Source of the DNA: Cladosporium halotolerans
Lineage: Eukaryota
Direction: 5' to 3'
DNA: 64,000 nucleotides
NCBI RefSeq assembly: GCF_011745625.1
Contig: NW_027191480.1
Coordinates: 1 to 64,000 of the forward strand
Made by a program: the position numbers and the translations under genes. Positions 40,142 through 52,894 of this stretch are shown here, one piece after another. The stretch's first letter is position 1; every line of letters starts with the position of its first letter. The notes below the pieces were generated by a model, which ran no database searches, had not been told where the DNA came from, and was given only the letters and a program-made list of their open reading frames with translations.

Positions 40142-43100
40142 CTACTCTTTTCTTAAAAGTCGATCTCTAAAAGACCTAAGTATATATTACTAACTAATAA
40201 AAGATAATAGGATCTTATTCTAATACTATTAGTAGAAGTTATAAATAAGCTTAGAAATATCTTTATATATTATATAAGTAAGTTTAAGTATTAGATTATC
40301 GTACCTAGTCTAATAGATAAAATACTAGTAGCTATACTCTTTATAATAGTAGTTAAGAACTTTAGTAACTTTATATTTAAGAGTTTATTTAATAAAGATA
40401 AGTAGAAATAGTTCTTATACTTAGCTAGGTAATAGATTATTTATTATAAAGAAAAGCTAATCTATATTAAATATATTATAGATCGTAAGTAATAGTAAGA
40501 GTTTAAGTTAATATATATATAGTCCTAATACTTTAGTAATTAAGAAGGATCCTAGGTTCTTCTAGTTAAACTTCTTTTTTAAATAGAATATCTTTAGGTT
40601 CTTAGTATTTAACTAAATATACTATCTTTTCTTAAATTAAAGAATAGTTAAATAAGTTTAGTTTATAGTCTCTTTATATTAAGCTTATATTAATAATATT
40701 TATTCATATAAGAATTTAAGTATTAAGACTATATAGTTAATAAACGTATTAGTTTATCTAGCTATAGATATATTAGATACTCGATATAGTTCGATTCCTA
40801 ATTAAAAGTAGTACTTATAATTAGTAAAGAATAAGATTATTCTTATTATTTTAAATTTTATTAAATTAGTAGAGAACTTAGTATAAGAGAACTAGTCTAT
40901 TTAGTTACTCTAAAAATAAAAAATATAGACTTAGAAATACTATTTAAGTACTATATTTATATATTTAGTTTAGCTATTACTTTAGAGTTAATATACTATT
41001 ATAAACTTTATATCGAACTAGAGTCTTTTAGAGAAGTATTCCTAAAATAAATTTATAAAGTAGATATCTTAATTAGATACTATAGATAAAAGAATACTAT
41101 AAAGTTAGTAAATCTTATAAATAAAGAATTAAATAACTTCTTTAGTATTATTAGTTATTAAATAGAGAATATAATATCTTATCTTAGTAAGCTAATTAAT
41201 AACTACTAAGATAGTATTAAAACTATTAAATATAGATAAGTATATAATAAAGTTAATAGATATCTTTTACTAGAAGTATTTAGATATAAATAGTAGCTAT
41301 AAAAGTCCTTAATAATAATTATATTAAAGCTTAATCCTTTTATAAGTTTAGTAATTCTATATATAATAATAAATATTAGTATTTATTCTTTTCTAATAAT
41401 AGTTTTATAAGAGTAGCTCGAATATCTTTACTCTTCTAAGATAGTTAGTAGATAAGTAATTATAGTACTATTATAATACCTAGAGCTATAATTTATTAAA
41501 GTTAGATATATAAATCTTATTATAATAATAAAGGATTCTATTTCTAATTTAGTATTATATAAGTTATAAGAATAGATACTTATTCTTTCTCTATTCTAAA
41601 ATATATATAACTAAAAGTATATTATTATTATTCTAAAACTCCTATAGTATTATTTCTTATATTAGTAGAGTCTATTCTATATCGGTTTCTATTATATTTA
41701 TATTTCTTTAGATACCTTTCTTTAAAAATTAATAATAATCTAAAATTAGATCTATAAATTACATACTTTTCTAAATTAGGTCTAGAATTTATAGTAGTAT
41801 AAGTAAGAGCTCTAATAAGTTAAGATTTTCTCTTTTTAATATTATATAGTTCTAATATTCTATTCTTTTATCTCTATTTTTAAAGAAATCTTCTAACCTT
41901 CTAGTTAGAGTATTAGATTTCTCTTTCTATTTCCTAAATTTATATATAATCTTAAACTTAAAGTAAGATAAGAACTTAAACTAATATATCTAATATTAGT
42001 TTAATATCTTTATTAATATAAAGTACTTAAAGTTATAATAATCGGATAGGACCTTAATTAGAGTTTAGGAATTTTTAAGCTTTAGGTACTATTTCTTAAA
42101 ATAGCGAATTATTATAAGTAATTCCTTATTATAAATTTTATAATTATATTTAATAGAACTATATTTCTTTAAGAAGAAGATAACTAGTTATAAAAGACTC
42201 TTATTATTATATTATAAAAATACTCTTATAGAAACGAAGTTAGATATATTAGTTTTAATAATAGCTTCTTTTATCTAATTAAAGGACTTTAAAGTTAGAG
42301 TAATAGTAATAATATACTTAAAGAGCTTAAATATCTCTTTATAGTCTTAAGTCTAACTAAAAGTAATATTCTTCTTTATAAGGTTAATTAGTAGTATAAC
42401 GATTTTCGAATAGTTATAAATAAATCGATAGTAGAAATTATAAAACCTATTATACTATAAGATATTAGTAACTAATCTTAAAGTCTTCTATTCTAAAATA
42501 GTTTTAACTTTCTTAAAGTTTATTTTAAATCTATCTTAACTAATAATTAAGCTAAAGAACTTAATCTTTTTAATAAAGAATTTATATTTTAAGAGCTTAG
42601 TAAATAAGCTAATAGAGTAGAAATAGTTAAAAACTTTTTAGATATATTTAATATATTCTTTTCTTATTTTACTATAGATTAAGATATTATTAAGATATAT
42701 AGAGTAGAACTAGTTAAAGTATTTATATAGTAAGTTATTAATAAACTTCTAGAATATAGTAGGGATACTAGTTAGCTTAAATAGTATTATTAGTAATTTA
42801 AAGAGACTAAAATAGATAGAAAAGGCTATTAGATACTTATAGTCTTCTTTTATATAAATATTATTAAAAGCTAAGATAATATCGATCTTTATAAAGTATT
42901 TTATCCTTTTAAGGTTATTTAGTCTCTTTAATAAATAGAAATAGATAACGATCTTTTATAGAAATATTATTTAGTATATAGTAATCTAATAGAATTAGAG
43001 TCTTCTACTAGGCTTCTTTATAAAGAATACTAGTAAAGTAATATATAACGAACTTAAGTAGATAAATCCTTTTATAAGGTTTTTATTAAACTAGTTATAG

Positions 43101-45408
43101 AATATCTAGAGTTCTTTTTAAAATATTAAGTAAATTCTTTTAAAAAGTAGTTTCTTATCTAAGATAATATTTATCTTATAGTTATAACTTTAGTAAAATA
43201 GTAGTTAATCTACTTTCTTTAATAAGAAAATATCTATAAAGTTATATAACTTATTAAGTAGTTAAATTATAATCTTATTATTCTCCTATTATAGAACTTT
43301 ATCTAGGTCTTCGATTATAACTATAGTAATCTAATAACTACGTCTTATATAGGTATAGTAGGCTTATAGACTAATAATAGAAATATCCTAATAGTTTAGA
43401 TTAAGAATATACTTTTTTAGTACTTTATAGAGTCTTTAGAAATAGGTTAGAATTAAGGTTATATTATAGTATTTTATATAATAGGGATTATTAAATTCCT
43501 AGATATTATTAGCTTAATTTAGTATTAGGTTATACTTTATTAGCTATAGGTAGTTAAAGATAATTAGATAATATAGTAGTAGAATAATATATAGAACTAT
43601 ATTTTTATCTATATAGTTCTTATTCTTTAATTTATATTAAATATAGTTTAGATTATCTAAGAGTTCTTATTTTTACTATTATATCTATATAATAAGAAGA
43701 GATAGATAAGAAGATATAATAAGAAGCTAGCTTACTTAGTATAGTCTTTATTAATAAACCTATACTCTTTATAACTAGAATTAACTAGTATATAAGTATC
43801 TTCCTATATCTAGTTCTAAATAGTTAAGACTTCGATAATCGGAGTAGATATATAAGTAAATTCCTTTTTAATAAATATTCTATAAATAGCTAGGTTAAAA
43901 ATACGAACTAGCTTACTAATAGAAGAATTAGATCGATTTACTAGATAGAAGATTATAAAGTTAATAGATATATTATAAAGTAGAGTCTAAAGATATCTTA
44001 CTTTAGATCTACTCTATCTTCTAAACTATAATCTTTAGAATTATATATAAGAGTTAAAAACTAATTAATAATAAATAAGAATATTATAGAATAGTTTATA
44101 GCGAGTTAGAGTAATATAGAAAGCTAAAGAGTTATAACTTATACTTATTATCCTTATCTATTTCTATTATTCTAATATTAATAATAAAGGTTTAAGAGTA
44201 AATAGTCTTTAATAAGATATCCTATTTTATAATAGAAGTAATATATACCTTTTTCTTTATTAATTATCTTAAGTTAGGTATTATTAGTATCTATTAGAGT
44301 TATAACTTATTTAGAAGCTTCTTATTATATAAGTATCTAAAGCGATATATTATTTTATAGATTTAAGACTTAGATAGTAGTAATAGAATAGTTCCTAACT
44401 AGAGTAGCTTACTAATAGTAGTAATAATAGTTTTCGAGTTTCTAGAGATATATTATAAAGTCTAGGTAATATTATATTAATAGTAGATTATATAAGAATA
44501 TCTCTTAGAGTTCGTTTAAAATAACTTATTTAAGAAAAGTTATAAAGGATTTATTATTTATTTTAGCTTTTAATCTTAATCTCTAAAACTCTATAAAAAA
44601 GACTATAAAATCCTTATTTATCTATTTATAGTAAAAGAGTTTAGAGTAGGTATTCTATATATAGTTTAAGTCTCTATAAGCTCGTCTAAGTATCTTTAAG
44701 ACTTATAAATAATCTTTAAATTAGTAAACTCTATTATAAATATATAAGAAGAGCTAAATATATAAAGTTCTAGTAAGTTAGTTTATAATATAGACTATAC
44801 GAATATATAATATTAAGAAGTAGTCCTAGTTAATAATTATTTTTTTATAAATCTATAAAATAAAGCGATATAAATTAGATTACTAGCTATTAAACTTTTT
44901 AAGATTAGAAAGCTTTTTAGATTATTAAATAGACTTAGAAGATATAAGAGTAAAAAGCGTAAGCGTTCTTATAATAAGATCTATAGATTTCTTAATAGTA
45001 GGTTTAGATTAAAGAGTAGATAAAGGCGTATATATAATAGACTAAGTAATTATAAGAGTTTTCTCTTTTATAACTTTAGTCTTAATAACTTTTTAGATAT
45101 TAATATTATATTATTTATAGTACTAAGCTTCTTAGAATTTAATAATTAAAGTAAGTTTTACTTTATTTTATTTCTTAGTATCTAACTATTCTTTAAGTTT
45201 TATAATATAGTCTTAAAAAAAGCTAATCTCTTCTCTAAGCTCTTTTTAAATATTTCTATATTTCTTAATATATTTATAAGTTATCTAGTAGTAGCGAAAC
45301 TAGATCTTAGGATATAAAGAAATATATTTAGTAAACTAGTTTTATAACTTTAGGAAAAATAGTAGTAATAGGTAGTTACTTTCTATTCTAGGATAAAAAG
45401 CTATATAA

Positions 45409-45792
45409 TATTATAAGTAGTAGATAAACTATTAGATAGTAGGTATAGAAGCGAAACGAATTAGATACTAAGACTAATTATAGACTAAAAGTTAATCTTA
45501 ATATTAGTCTTATTAATAAGATATAATTTAAAGAACTATATTTAAATAGAAAAGAGAACTTTAAGATAAAACTAGTTCTTAGCTTACTTTCTTACTATCT
45601 TCTTAACTTAGAGTCTTAAAGTATTATTATATAACTAGTAATATTATTAGAATTATTTATTATAATCTATAATAGTCTAAATTAGAGTATAATAGTCTAT
45701 ATTAGAATATAATAGCCTAAACTAAAGCTTCTTAGACTTTATCTATAGTAGTCTAAGCTAGAATCTTAGAATACTATAGTCTATTTATAATA
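45409..45792 (-). repeat. 5' LTR of the nested element (384 bp)
   Basis: Aligns with 39778-40141 and has one extra 20-bp internal repeat unit. Confidence 0.9.
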
Positions 45793-46999
45793 ACTAACTT
45801 CTCTAATTTATAAGATAACTATTATCTCTAGTTTATTAAAGATAGATTAAGTAAATAGACTATATTAGAACTAATACCTAATATAAAAATAGAAGAGTAT
45901 ACTAAGAAGTTTATAGAATACTAGGTAAAATACTATAGAATACTTCGAGCTATTACGAGTAATTAAAAGACTAACTAGATAAGTACTTTCTAAAAGGAAT
46001 TCTATAGACTATTAGATATATAATAAAGACTTAACTTTAGATACTATTTATAAACGGATAGAAGCCTAAAGAGAATTAATTAAGAAGTATAAGCCTATCT
46101 TAGGAATTATATTAATTAAGAGTAATCTAACTAGAAAAGGTAGATCTTTATAATATAACTAGTATTAAATAGATATTATTACTTAGCTTTAGGAATAAGT
46201 CTATTCTTTATAACTTATAGGTATAAAGTACTATTATCTATAAGCTTAGAACTAGAGCCTATAGAAAATAAGAAATTAGCTATAACTAAGAAAGTAAAAC
46301 TATTTATAGAGAAGATAAAAGAAGTCTTAAGTCTTTATAAAGCGAATATAATAGTATCTACCTAAAACTAAAAAGATAATATTAATAAAATATAGATACT
46401 AGCGTTAATCTACTAGAAAGGCGATAAAGTCTAGTTATACCTAAAGAATTATAGAACCGACTATCCTAAGAAAAGCCTAAATATAAGAAATATATAATAT
46501 ATAATCGCTAAGGTATTATCCTTAATAGCTATTAAACTATTAGAAGTACTAAAGAATATCTATTTAGTATTCTATATAAATCTCCTAAAGCCGGCTAATA
46601 AAAACCGATTACTAGATTAGAAGTCTAATAATAACTATTTAGACTCTATTTTTATAGACTTATATAAAGAATATTATATTAAAGAAATAATATATATAAG
46701 GAATATAAAAAGATAAAACTAGAATAGAGAAGTCTTAATAAAGTAGACTAGCTATTATAAACTAATATAAAAACTCTTTAGAAATATATTAGATATTATA
46801 ATATTAGATAAGTTTAAAGTAAGATATAAAGACGTATATATAAATAATAGACTAAGAGAGACCTAGGATAAGAAATAGAAGAAGAAATAAAAAATACGAT
46901 TTATAATATAAATCCTATAGGTACTAGTATTTTAAAAATAGATATTAAAAAAAAAAAAAAAAGAAGACTTAGACTTTAATTTTTATTTTAAATAGACGA

Positions 47000-47128
47000 C
47001 TCCTAATATAAAAATACTAGCTCCTATCTTAATTACGATAGTAGCTACTAAGAACTAATAGATAGGTAGCTCCTAATATAAAAATACTAGATCCTACTTT
47101 AATTATAATAGTAGTTACTAAGAATTAA
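47000..47128. repeat. 70-bp-period direct duplication in the 3' region of the outer element
   Basis: CTCCTAATATAAAAATACTAG...AGAA at 47000 and 47070. Confidence 0.8.
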
Positions 47129-48303
47129 AATAATTAGAATACCTCTAAAACTAAATAAGTAATTAGCGTAAAAAAACGAATAGAAACTAAGAAATTACTT
47201 ATACTAAATCCTACTAGGTAAAAATATTAATAACCGAATTAGTTATCTTTAAAGCTATAATACTAATTAAGTAGTTAGTAATAAAAAATATATAGAAAAT
47301 AGAAAGCGATAATAAAAAAACTTATTCTATTAATAAACTATTAGCTTAAAGAAGTTTTAAAGTCTTCTAAGCCTTAAGTATTTTTTTTAGGTCTTTATAG
47401 ACTTTATTACTATATATAAAACTATTAGCTAATAGAAAACTATTAGAAACTATATAAAAAACTACTTATACCTTTTTATTAATAGTATAAATCTAAATAA
47501 TATTAGTAATATAAGCTATTTAAAACTTAAAACTAGTAGTTAGTACTACTTTTTAAATAGAGTCTAAGGAAAACTTATAGATTCTTATAATTCTTATACG
47601 AATATATATAGATCTAATAGATATAAGAATAGGAAGACTAAGAAAGTTAGAAAAATCTAAAGAAAAATAGCTAGAAACCGAACTTATAAGCTAATTATAG
47701 TAATTGATACTAGTTTAGATATAAGAGATATAGTAGATAATAATAGATATCTAAACTCTAATTAGTATACTATAGAAGCTATTAAAAAAGTATAAAAGTT
47801 ATTTATATTATAAGTAAAAACTACTAGTACTACTACTATTATAGTTACTATTACTACTATAATTATAAAAGAAAGAAGAGAAGAAAAGAATAAGAATAGA
47901 AAAAGTCTTTTATAGAGTAGTCTTTAACTACTATATAGTTTACTACTTATAAATAATATATAACTATATAACTAAATAAAGATTATATATATAAGAATAT
48001 AATTAAATAATAGTTATATATATAACTAATATATAAGAGTAATTATAACTTTACTAAGTTATAACGATTATAAGGATATAGTATATATAAAGAAAGAGTT
48101 AAGACGCGATATTATATTTATATACTAAAAAGTTATATAATAGTATAAAATAAAGTTAGTAGTAGGATAAGTCTATAGTATTTAGATAATATATTCTAAA
48201 ACCTTATTAAATCTTAATAAGACTATATTATAAGAGCTACTAAATAAAACGTAAGATACTAAGAAAAAACGATTAGTCTTTAAGAAAGAGGAAAAGAAAA
48301 GAA

Positions 48304-48464
48304 TATTATAAAAGATAAGCCTTAGGAGTATATATAGACTATATCTATATACTTAGTATTCTATTTTCTTTTAAGTAGACTTAGATAGAGAATCTTCTCT
48401 TTATAGTATCGAACTTATTAAATACTATAAAAGACTTCTATATAGGTATTACTCTTCTATAATA
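48304..48464 (+). repeat. 3' LTR of the outer element (161 bp)
   Basis: Preceded by purine tract AAGAAAGAGGAAAAGAAAAGAA, has TATTATA...TATAATA ends, and matches 35688-35848. Confidence 0.85.
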
Positions 48465-48466
48465 AG

Positions 48467-50500
48467 CGCTTTCTAGTATAGTTTAAGCTTCTAATACTAA
48501 TTAATTAATAGCTTTAGAAAGTACTTCGCTTTTAATAAAATAAAACGAATAGTATAATTAGGTCTACTATATATACTATAGTACCTATAGCGCTTAATAA
48601 TAGCGAAGGTATAAAAGTATAGATAGTTATCTAATTATCTAATAGTATATTTAAGTATTAAAATAGAAAACTAATAAGTAAACTAGACTATAAATAAACG
48701 TTAATACTTTTCTAATACTTTTATATATAGAGACGATAATATCTAAATAGCTTAATAGTAAAAGTAATTAGATTTACCTTTTTTAGAAGTAGGACTATAA
48801 TAGCAATTAGCTTAAATAAGAATATAAGTTAGTACTTTAACTTAATTAATATATTTATACTAATTAGTATATATACGATAATCTACTAGGTATTAGATAT
48901 CTTCGCCTTAGGTCTAACTAGTATTAGTACCCTTAGGGAAAGGAAGTATAAACTAATTAAACTAGGTAAAATAGGCCTAATATATAGGTATAAGTAGCGT
49001 AATTAGGAATAATAGATTCCTAAATATAAGAATAAAATATTAGAGCTACTAATAAAGCGAGTATTTTTTAATATATAAAACCTAATAACGAGTATAATAT
49101 AGGATCTTATTACTAATCTTTCTAAGTATACTAATATAATAGAAGGATTAGAATCTTCTAAGAATAAGAAAAATAAAGAAAGAGATTAAGCTATATTAAT
49201 AAGCGAGGCGATAGACGTATTAAGTCTTTTTATAAACTAGACTAAGAAATAAGATATAGAGTAGAAGTTAATATAATATATAAACTAACGTATAATAGAG
49301 GAAACGGATACGATAGCTTATCGATTATAGGATAGGTTAACCTTATAGTACGTATTCGACTTAAGCGACTCCTAAGCTAAGACTCGAGCTAAATAACGAA
49401 TAGAGCGTATATTTAACTTAAGCGATTCCTAGGCTAAGACTCGAGCTAAGTAATAGATAGAGCGCGTATTCGACTCGAGCGATCCTTAGGCTAAAGCTTA
49501 AGCTAAGTAATAGATAGAGCGTATATTTAACTTAAACGATTCCTAGGCTAAAGCTTAAGCTAAATAATAGGTAGAACGTATATTCGACTTAAGTAACTCC
49601 CGGGCTAAGACTTAAGCTAAATAATAGGTAGAATACGTATTCGACTCGAGCGACTCCTAAGCTAAGGCTCGAGCTAAGATCGAGACTCTTATAGCCTATC
49701 TAATATTTATTAGCTAAGACTAGTAGGAAATAGAGTACTATTACGAGCGTCGAATATCTAGCTAATTATATTTTAAAAGATCGACGAATTTATAAAGATA
49801 GAGATATTATATAGATAGGTATATTACTATCTAATCGCTATAGATAGTTCTAACGTAGTTTTATAGCTAACGATATATTATACTAGGCCTTAATACTATA
49901 ATCTAATAGTTAGTCTTCCGAACTAAGTACGATTAACGAAGAACTCTTAAGAGTAAATAGAAGCGAAAAACTAGTATTTATAATTCGGAAATAGGATATA
50001 TATATATTAATATTATAGTCTTCTATTATAAAGCGAATTACTCTAACGATTAAGCTAGAAGGAGATCGATAGCTATAGTAGTATACTATAACTAATATAG
50101 AAGATATAGTATCCTAGAAGATAATATTTATAGAAGAAACGTAGTAGATAATATAAAAAGTACTATTAGCGAAGGATAGTTAAATAGAATTAGCGAGAAT
50201 AGTAAAATACTATATAGAAGACGAGGAGGAGGCGTAATCTTTATACTATATTTATAATAGCGATTATATTTAGCGTTAGTACTAGGTATAAAAGTTATAA
50301 TCTAAGGATAACTATAAGTATATACGATATATATCTTATAGATATAATAGAATCGTTAGTATTAATAGTAGGATTATTTAGGCCGAATTCGATATAATTT
50401 ATAGTAACTACGTAATAGATATATAGCGTAAGATTAACGTTTATTCTATTTATTCTAATCGAGACGTATAAAATAATTTAAGCTAAGCTAAACTTCGAGA
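48467..50500 (+). pseudogene. RIP-degraded 3' part of a protein-coding gene with an acidic tract and 19-aa repeats (tentatively DUF3723-like)
   Basis: One frame reads as protein (followed by eye to ~49680) when TAA/TAG are restored to CAA/CAG/TGG, including a possible RxGKP...LF...FAFFG pattern (~48660-48790). The family call and 3' end are weak inferences. Confidence 0.45.
49349..49677 (+). repeat. 57-bp tandem repeat, ~6 copies
   Basis: Equivalent positions at 49351, 49408, 49465, 49522, 49579 and 49636. Units differ mainly by transitions. Confidence 0.92.
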
Positions 50501-50581
50501 TACGAGATCGTTAAGCTAAGTATTTAATTGGTAATCACGTTCGGCTCGGCTAGCTCGGTAATCTCGGTATCTATGTTTTCG

Positions 50582-51251
50582 TAACGTACGATACTTCTAC
50601 GTAAGTTGTCTCTTATAGTAGATAGGAATAGATAAGCGAATATATCTAGGTAGACCTTTAGCCGATTACTTACATATAATGCTAGCTCTATTCTAGTAAC
50701 TAAGACGGCTCGCTAGTTACCGTCGGTAAGAGCGACCTTATATAGTACCGTTAGCCAATAGGCTATATAGTATCCCGCTAACCGACTCGTACCTTAAGGA
50801 TAGCCCGCACGCCTACCCAAGGCAAGCCGACGTGAATAGGGTCAACGTTTGCGACAATGTCACCTATAGCCTTAAACCTATCCAGGAGCCGTACGACCTT
50901 GTCTGTTTGCTTAAAGAGGTATATCTGGCGACCTTTGTAGTTCTATGACCATCTCTTAACCTTAGAGCGCTGCTGAAGCTCTCTTACGTGGGTATGCACT
51001 TCGTCGAAAGCATCGTCAGCGCTCACTACGTTGGTAGGCCGCAGTAAAACTCGAATTGTTTCCTGGTGATTAGACTCGAGAGCCTCGAGGGCATCCGCTA
51101 GTATGCTGCTCGCGATGCTCGTGTTAGGAGATGTAGCCAGCGCCGGTTGCGTAGATCCTGCTGTTGGGTAGGCCGGCAGAGGCGAATAGGATCTGTGAAA
51201 CAGGGCGCGAAGTCGATCGCGGTTTCTCTCAGGCTGCGGGGTCAAGCTCAT
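50582..51251 (-). pseudogene. Truncated, RIP-hit fungal NLR (NACHT/STAND) gene; only the N-terminal helical domain remains
   Basis: ATG at 51251 and premature TAG at 50945-50943 in KRWS*NYKG. The frame continues as DKVVRLLDRFKAIGDIVANVDPIHVGLPWVGVRAIL, then an intron (GTACGA..CTAAC..AG), then ELALYVSNRLKVYLD. The DPxHxxLPWxxVRxxL motif is typical of N-terminal domains of fungal NACHT proteins. Confidence 0.78.
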
Positions 51252-52051
51252 CTCTACGGCTTACGTGCGCGATACCGTGCGTTGCTGCTTCGTTCTCAGT
51301 CCTCAATTGTGATCTCGTAAAGGTGACTGCTATCGAGCTTGGAACTGTTTCTCTTAGGGGAGTGTTGACACGCAGGCTGGATTGGTGGCTATCTTGCTGC
51401 GGCGAGGCGCTAAAGGGGCGCAGGTGAGCTGCTGGCAAGCTGCTGGCCTGTCGTATCCATTGGCCGCCTCAGCCGTGCTGCATGTCCTTCTACAAACGGG
51501 TGCGGAGCGTCTGCGTCGTTGAACATGTGATAAAGAAGAATCGTCACCCTCAGCCCAAAGGCATCCAATCTCTTTAAGCTACTCGTAAGACACGTGAATC
51601 TGATTGAGGGCGATAGCATATTGCCGAAATGGAGGTGACTCAGCAGCGGATATTCTTCAGCAGGCATAAAGTACCTGCTTGTCTGGAGTCGTCCAATCGC
51701 AGATGGGCACGGGCGTAATTTCGGTCGCTCCAGGCACGCTCCCGACGAGTGTGGCTAAAAACTTCACCATGAAAAGACGGTCGTCCTGTTCGCCAACAGT
51801 CATTAATCTTAGAGAGGCAGATTTCCAATACACTATGTAGATCGACCTAACGGTATCACTCCGTCTAGGAGAGTTCATTCTAAACCAGCAAAGCACTGAT
51901 CTCATAGCTGTAGCGCCTACCACATCCGCGCCACAGGCGCGTTCCCGTACGAGCTTGAGTAGGAATCACGGGAGGCCGTCTTGATCGACAACACCTTGCT
52001 GGCCTTGTACTCAAGTTCCGTTAACTTGGATCGAATTGGCTCAGATACCTT

Positions 52052-52894
52052 TTAGGCAGGTGGTGCGTCAAGCGGACGGCGCATGTCGTACCAAAGAGTT
52101 CCGGCTACCACACCGAGCGTGGGCGCCATCATCTGTATGACCTTGTTCAGCCAGAAAGAGGTGGTCACCTTCAGAAACAGACTCTCATGCTGCTCCTCGC
52201 TCAGTCTTGAAAAGGTCTCGAACGCCGCCAGATCAAGCATCCACCGCCCTAAGATTCTGAGCCCCAGAAGTGCGAGCAAATTAAGCACTTGTACTCCTGC
52301 CAGTCGGAGACTTCCTTCGCCAAAGTAGCGAGGTCGATCGGAGCGCTTTGCAATGTTCCAGTCGATCGCTTTGGAGCTCAGATACATTAGGCAACAGAGT
52401 GCCGCATGAAGGTCGACGAAGAGAGCCTTTCCTGTTGTCGTTGCGTCCTTGTCGTCCGTAAAATGGGTCATCAAGCTCAGATTCGCATCTGAAGCCGCTG
52501 CTGTCAGGGTCTGCACCAGATTGGCTGCAAAGCCTTGATATCGCTTTTTCGACGTCGCATTCCGTGAAGTCGTTGCTGCCGTGCCGTCATGAGTGCTTTG
52601 TGATTTCTCCATTCCAGCGACTTGTAAGGTTGGATCATGACTCCCACTCATGAAGAATGCGAGCGCATGGGATGCGCAAAACCATGTCAGTGTTGTCATT
52701 GGCTCGACTGGTATCCAGATGATGAGCTTTGCAAAGAATGGCTCCGCAATGCCGTACAGTAATGCAGAAGTCGTGATGTCGAATCCTTGCGAGTCGCCTG
52801 TAGGTGATATGATCCATACATTGAACAAATGCAGGCATTCGTTGAGTGCTGCTATTGCCTTCAAGAGTAGAATGACAGGAGAAAAGGTGTCCAT
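52052..52894 (-). CDS. Hypothetical hydrophobic (possibly multi-pass membrane) protein, 280 aa
   Basis: Uninterrupted ORF from the first ATG (MDTFSPVILLL) with about six hydrophobic stretches and no recognised family. Confidence 0.55.
   Translation of the reverse strand: MDTFSPVILLLKAIAALNECLHLFNVWIISPTGDSQGFDITTSALLYGIAEPFFAKLIIWIPVEPMTTLTWFCASHALAFFMSGSHDPTLQVAGMEKSQSTHDGTAATTSRNATSKKRYQGFAANLVQTLTAAASDANLSLMTHFTDDKDATTTGKALFVDLHAALCCLMYLSSKAIDWNIAKRSDRPRYFGEGSLRLAGVQVLNLLALLGLRILGRWMLDLAAFETFSRLSEEQHESLFLKVTTSFWLNKVIQMMAPTLGVVAGTLWYDMRRPLDAPPA

Larger units (their letters stand above)
39778..45792 (-). mobile_element. RIP-inactivated Ty3/gypsy chromovirus nested in the outer element's integrase (6015 bp)
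   Basis: 5-bp target-site duplication ACTAA (39773-39777 and 45793-45797) and paired LTRs. Minus-strand de-RIP motifs YLDDILIYS (~42675-42700) and chromodomain VRWTGYD (~40300). Polypurine tract next to 40141. Confidence 0.92.
35688..48464 (+). mobile_element. RIP-inactivated Ty3/gypsy chromovirus (outer element, ~6.8 kb without the nested insert)
   Basis: De-RIP reading gives a gag CCHC knuckle (~36955-37005), gag end SGKE* (~37115), RT motifs LRFCxDYRALN..DRYPLP and FGLxxAPATFQ (~37940-38300), RNase H TDHKNL (~38930), integrase YHPQTDG (~46045), HPVFHV and chromodomain VKWTGY (~46740). Bounded by matching 161-bp LTRs. Confidence 0.88.
34950..50800. other. AT-rich RIP-mutated repeat block 1
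   Basis: Abrupt drop in GC, near absence of CpA/TpG, large excess of TpA, and no ORFs in the supplied track. Confidence 0.95.

Noticed and set aside
35683..48469. Target-site duplication for the outer retroelement
   Set aside because: Flanks TATAC and AGCGC do not match even allowing RIP transitions at every position, and the 5' LTR starts with G
49349..49677. 57-bp periodic array as a CRISPR array
   Set aside because: Eukaryotic context, whole units repeat without unique spacers, and no cas genes
34950..50800. AT-rich DNA as a mitochondrial insertion, contamination or alternative genetic code
   Set aside because: TpA excess with CpA/TpG loss and recoverable gypsy motifs explain it as RIP
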